Source: Schleiferiaceae bacterium
GTDB lineage: Bacteria; Bacteroidota; Bacteroidia; Flavobacteriales; Schleiferiaceae
Length of the DNA: 64,000 nt
Assembly: GCA_964216615.1 (NCBI GenBank)
Contig: CAXPFQ010000043.1
Coordinates: forward strand, 10,496 to 74,495
Direction: 5' to 3'
The notes under the pieces are model-generated. The model saw only the letters and a program-made list of their open reading frames with translations, made no database searches and was not told where the DNA came from. Of the stretch, positions 60,144 to 64,000 are shown one piece after another. Numbering within the stretch: position 1 is the first letter of the stretch; the number at the start of each line of letters is the position of its first letter. Position numbers and translations under genes: made by a program.

Positions 60144-62945
60144 CTATTTTAAGACGCTTTCTCTCGTCTCATTTGATACCTTAAGATGATTTGCTAATGC
60201 AGTTGCTGTTGGACTGCCTGGAATTTTTTCAATATCCTTCGGCTTACCAGCAAAGAGTAAATGTCCTCCTAGATCCCCACCTTCTGGACCTATCTCAATA
60301 AGATAATCCGCTCTAGCTATTACATCAAGATCATGTTCGATGACCAGAACGGAGTGCCCCATCTCAACTAAAGCGTCAAAGGCCTTCAACAATTTATTTA
60401 CATCATCAAAGTGTAAACCAGTAGTCGGTTCATCAAACAAGAATAGCGTTTGTCCGGCTTTTTCGCCTTTAGACAGAAAGAATGCCAGTTTTACACGTTG
60501 CGCTTCACCCCCACTCAAAGTAGAGCTACTTTGCCCCACCTGTGCATAACCTAATCCTACGTCTTGTAGAGGTTGTAATTTCTTGACAATCTTGTTTTGC
60601 TTGTGGGTCTTAAAGAAGTCGATGGCTTCATCAATGGTACTTTCGAGTATGTCTGCAATGTTCTTGTCCTTGAAGGTAATCTCGAGGATTTCAGCTTTGA
60701 ATCGCTTCCCAGAACACGTTTCACAGGGTAGGTGGACATCAGCCATAAATTGCATTTCTATAGTCACTTCCCCTTCTCCTTGACAGGCGTCACAGCGTCC
60801 ACCATCTGTATTGAAGCTGAAGTGTTTCGCCTTATACCCTCTAATCTTCGCCAACTCTGTAGAGGCATACAAATTTCTAATATCATCGTAGGCCTTTAAA
60901 TAGGTAATTGGGTTTGATCGGCTGGATTTTCCAATAGGGTTTTGATCAACCAATTCGACTTGATCAATACTTTCTAAATCCCCGCAAAGCTCCTTGTGAA
61001 TACCGGGGCGCTCGCTCACTTCATGAAAGTGTTTTTTTAAGGCAGGAAATAGAATCTTCTTTATAAGAGTACTTTTACCAGATCCACTAACTCCGGCAAC
61101 TACACTGAATACGCCCAAAGGGAACTGAACATCAAAGCCCTTGAGGTTATGGTGTCGAGCACCCTTAATTTCAATCCACTTTTTTGCGGTTCTTGTGACC
61201 AAAGGGCTTATTATACTTTTGCTGCCATTCAAATATTGCGCAGTTAGTGAATTAGGATTCGAAAGGACCTCTTTAGATGTACCTGCCGCTACCACTTGTC
61301 CGCCAAGATTGCCTGCTGCTGGGCCTACATCGATAAGGTAATCGGCCGCATGCATAAATGCTTCTTCGTGTTCTACCACTACTACCGTATTCCCCTTATC
61401 GCGTAGTGCATTGATTACTTTTATTAATTGCAATGCATCTTTTGCATGTAACCCTATGCTTGGTTCATCCATTATATACAACGAACCTACTAGTGAGGAT
61501 CCAAGGGAAGTGGCCAATTGAATACGCTGACTTTCACCACCACTTAGGGTACTGCTGATCCGATTTAAGGTGAGATAGGGTAGACCAACATCTATTAGGA
61601 ATCCCAGCCGGCTTTTAATTTCTACCAACAAACGCTTTGCTATTGCGGCATCTTGTTCGCTCAATACTAAACCTTCGAACCATTCTTGTAGCTTATTCAG
61701 CGGCATTTCTACCAAGGATTCAATAGCGGTGTTGTTAATTCTCACATAGCCCGATTCCGGTCGTAATCTTTTTCCTTTACATGTTGGACATTTAGTTCTT
61801 CCGCGGTAACGGCTTAGCATCACGCGGAATTGAATTTTATAGCTCTTACTTTCCAGGTGTTTAAAGAAATCGTTAATTCCTTTGATTCCTTTAGCGCCTT
61901 CCCAAAGCAGTCGCTTTTCAGCATTGCTTAAATCTATGTAGGGCCTATGAATAGGAAATTTATGTGTCGCAGCACCTAGGATAAATTTCTCTTTCCAGCG
62001 CTTCATGGTTTCACCGTGCCATGGTGCGACAACGCCTTCATATACGCTAAGGTGTGGGTTCGTGATGACTAGGTCCTCGTCAATGCCCATGATGCTCCCA
62101 AATCCTTCACACGAAGGACAAGCCCCGACGGGGTTGTTAAAGCTAAACAGATCGGTAGAAGGTTCGGTAAAGCTTATTCCGTCAAGTTCGAAGAGGTTGT
62201 TGAAGATCAAGGGAGCTTCGCCATTCGCGAAATCAATCCAGCATTCTCCTCGTCCTTCAAAGAAAGCTGTTTGAATAGAGTCTTGCAGGCGGTGTTCGTT
62301 TTCTTCATCACCTGTTCGAACAACTGCTCGATCAACCACTAAATGAATAATTTCTTCATTATAGGTCCCCTGTTGTATAATGTCTTCAATGCGTTCTACC
62401 TTGCCGCTGTAGAGGATGCGAGAGAATCCTTGTTGTGCTAGGATATTCAGGTGCTGTTCAGCTGTTCTGTCGCTATACGTTACCGGCGCAATGATCATGA
62501 AACGCGTTCCTTCTTCGAAGGTGTTGAGATGGGCGATCACGTCTTGGACTTGATGTCTTTTGACTTCTTTCCCAGAAATAGGAGAGTAAGTGCGGCCCAC
62601 TCGAGCAAAGAGCAACTTCAGGTAATCGTAAATCTCCGTGGTTGTGCCTACGGTTGATCTGGGATTCCTGCTACTGACCTTTTGCTGTATAGCGACGGCA
62701 GGTGGGATCCCTTTAATGGATTCAACCTTTGGCTTATCCAATTTTCCAAGAAATTGACGCGCATAAGCACTCAAACTCTCTACATAACGCCTTTGCCCTT
62801 CCGCGAACAAAGTGTCAAATGCGAGTGACGATTTCCCTGATCCACTGACCCCGGTAATTACAACTAATTGATTCCGTGGAATACTTACCGAAACTTGCTT
62901 CAGATTATTTACTTCAGCGCGGATAATATCTATAGTAGGGGTCAT
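60144..62945 (-). CDS. uvrA: Excinuclease ABC subunit A
   Basis: Two ABC modules (GVSGSGKSSL and GVSGSGKSTL), LSGGE signatures and CxxC zinc modules (CPSCEG, CPTCKG, CDACQG, CETCSG). Confidence 0.97.
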   Translation of the reverse strand: MTPTIDIIRAEVNNLKQVSVSIPRNQLVVITGVSGSGKSSLAFDTLFAEGQRRYVESLSAYARQFLGKLDKPKVESIKGIPPAVAIQQKVSSRNPRSTVGTTTEIYDYLKLLFARVGRTYSPISGKEVKRHQVQDVIAHLNTFEEGTRFMIIAPVTYSDRTAEQHLNILAQQGFSRILYSGKVERIEDIIQQGTYNEEIIHLVVDRAVVRTGDEENEHRLQDSIQTAFFEGRGECWIDFANGEAPLIFNNLFELDGISFTEPSTDLFSFNNPVGACPSCEGFGSIMGIDEDLVITNPHLSVYEGVVAPWHGETMKRWKEKFILGAATHKFPIHRPYIDLSNAEKRLLWEGAKGIKGINDFFKHLESKSYKIQFRVMLSRYRGRTKCPTCKGKRLRPESGYVRINNTAIESLVEMPLNKLQEWFEGLVLSEQDAAIAKRLLVEIKSRLGFLIDVGLPYLTLNRISSTLSGGESQRIQLATSLGSSLVGSLYIMDEPSIGLHAKDALQLIKVINALRDKGNTVVVVEHEEAFMHAADYLIDVGPAAGNLGGQVVAAGTSKEVLSNPNSLTAQYLNGSKSIISPLVTRTAKKWIEIKGARHHNLKGFDVQFPLGVFSVVAGVSGSGKSTLIKKILFPALKKHFHEVSERPGIHKELCGDLESIDQVELVDQNPIGKSSRSNPITYLKAYDDIRNLYASTELAKIRGYKAKHFSFNTDGGRCDACQGEGEVTIEMQFMADVHLPCETCSGKRFKAEILEITFKDKNIADILESTIDEAIDFFKTHKQNKIVKKLQPLQDVGLGYAQVGQSSSTLSGGEAQRVKLAFFLSKGEKAGQTLFLFDEPTTGLHFDDVNKLLKAFDALVEMGHSVLVIEHDLDVIARADYLIEIGPEGGDLGGHLLFAGKPKDIEKIPGSPTATALANHLKVSNETRESVLK

Positions 62946-63111
62946 TTGAAAAAAGCAGTAAACAACAAAAGTACGTCTTTACATAATTCTGAAAAACCGT
63001 TAAAGGATGTAAAATATGGAACGGTATTTGAAAGAATATTTTATATTGCCCTTATTAATCAATTAAAAAGTATTGCTTATCGACTGACTGCTACGCTAAA
63101 ATTTTGATATT

Positions 63112-63696
63112 ATGATGTTAAGTCAAAACGAGGATCACGTTTTAGTGGAACTCTACCGTAGTGGAAATGAGCGTGCTTTAGAGGTGTTGATTCGCAGACA
63201 CCAAAAAAGAATATTTCTACAGATTTTTTCTAAAGTACAGGATAGGGATGTCGCTGATGATTTATTCCAGGAGACGTTTATTAAAATAATAAAGTCCCTA
63301 AGAAGATCAAACTACGAGGAGAAAGGGAAATTTTTGCCTTGGGCGTTGCGAATTGCGAATAATACGACCCTCGACTTCTTCCGACGAGAATCTCGAAAAA
63401 AAGAGGTTCGTTCAACGGGCGAATACACTGTTTTTGATACATATGGTGAATCTGATCTTCCTCTGGAAGCAAACTGGATAAAGGCGCAGATTAGTGAAGA
63501 TTTACGCCGGTTAATTGATTACTTGCCCGAAGAGCAAAAGAAGGTCTTACATCTGCGGATATTTTGTGAATACAGCTTTAAGGATATCGCAGAAGAAACG
63601 GGCGTTAGCATTAATACGGCTTTGGGTCGGATGCGTTATGCCATAAGCAATATTCAAAAACTTATGGAACAGCACAATATTAGTTTGGAGCAATAA
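63112..63696 (+). CDS. ECF-subfamily sigma-70 factor
   Basis: Region 2 reads DVADDLFQETFIKII...WALRIANNTTLDFFRR. Region 4 HTH reads SFKDIAEETGVSINTALGRMRYA. Confidence 0.9.
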   Translation: MMLSQNEDHVLVELYRSGNERALEVLIRRHQKRIFLQIFSKVQDRDVADDLFQETFIKIIKSLRRSNYEEKGKFLPWALRIANNTTLDFFRRESRKKEVRSTGEYTVFDTYGESDLPLEANWIKAQISEDLRRLIDYLPEEQKKVLHLRIFCEYSFKDIAEETGVSINTALGRMRYAISNIQKLMEQHNISLEQ

Positions 63697-63761
63697 ATAT
63701 TCCTGGGTTATACGAAGAGGGAAGAAGCGCCGTTATTCATATGTAATTAAAGATATGTCAT

Positions 63762-63905
63762 ATGGCGAAAACCTTACCCTACAAAAACTTGGACGTGGGA
63801 GCGTCTGAAAAAACCATCCAGAGTATTCTAGAATTCAGTAAAGTCACCGCAGGTTTACCTTTAAAGAGTAACCCCAAAGAGCTAGAATTCTTCTTCCAAA
63901 ACTAA
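63762..63905 (+). CDS. Candidate 47-aa small protein downstream of the ECF sigma gene
   Basis: My translation is MAKTLPYKNLDVGASEKTIQSILEFSKVTAGLPLKSNPKELEFFFQN*. It is followed immediately by a strong terminator. There is no TM helix or recognisable motif, and it is too short for the ORF track. Confidence 0.3.
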   Translation: MAKTLPYKNLDVGASEKTIQSILEFSKVTAGLPLKSNPKELEFFFQN

Positions 63906-63931
63906 AAAAGCCCGCATCTGCGGGCTTTTTT
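63904..63931. terminator. Bidirectional intrinsic terminator
   Basis: AAAAAA-GCCCGC-ATCT-GCGGGC-TTTTTT. Confidence 0.8.
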
Positions 63932-64000
63932 AATTCGCAATATCCGAGAAGAATTTTAGGCGAAGGAGCTGAAGTTCTTGCTCATCATAATCCTCTCCAA
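63930..64000 (-). CDS. 3' end of an unidentified minus-strand gene (partial)
   Basis: An open minus-strand frame reads ...GEDYDEQELQLLRLKFFSDIAN* with its stop at 63932-63930, directly abutting the bidirectional terminator. It is too short to identify. Confidence 0.3.
   Translation of the reverse strand, partial: GEDYDEQELQLLRLKFFSDIAN

Overview
This 64-kb window looks like ordinary chromosomal backbone from a member of the Bacteroidota, probably Flavobacteriia. The taxon call is an inference from four things: repeated matches to the Bacteroidetes promoter consensus TTG-N19-21-TAnnTTTG, a tmRNA with a Bacteroidetes-style tag (GEDSYALAA), a type-B T9SS C-terminal sorting domain, and BshA plus a GH3/beta-lactamase fusion protein. 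The window is gene-dense, with about 50 protein genes plus ssrA (tmRNA). I saw no rRNA or tRNA genes, CRISPR array, transposase, integrase, phage genes or recognisable defence genes.

Housekeeping genes I recognise:
- Two DEAD-box helicases and ssrA.
- meaB, an aspartate-type aminotransferase and trkH.
- rpmH (missing from the ORF track), carB, rlmH, holA, pyrG and yidC.
- queA, ftsE, gyrB, mutL, bshA, a SUI1/YciH-type factor, a TrmH-family methyltransferase, uvrA and an ECF sigma factor.

Envelope and accessory-type genes:
- Four glycosyltransferases and a YfhO-like membrane protein.
- A TonB-dependent receptor.
- A large TPR protein with a downstream beta-barrel.
- Two rhomboid proteases and two EEP-fold nucleases/phosphatases.
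- A LamG/T9SS cargo protein.

I found no clear-cut novel system. The most unusual items are:
- A translationally coupled pair of PLP enzymes of unclear pathway at 22.5-25.1 kb, inside an AT-rich block.
- A tightly overlapped array running small membrane protein, mutL, rhomboid, rhomboid, EEP.
- A deaD-SDR-2OG-oxygenase array behind a long structured leader.
- A hairpin-dense 250-nt spacer next to ssrA.
- A strong intrinsic terminator sitting inside the signal-peptide coding region of a lipoprotein gene that overlaps gyrB.
- A small lipoprotein-like gene split across two frames.

All family calls rest on motifs I read in the translations. No database search was run.
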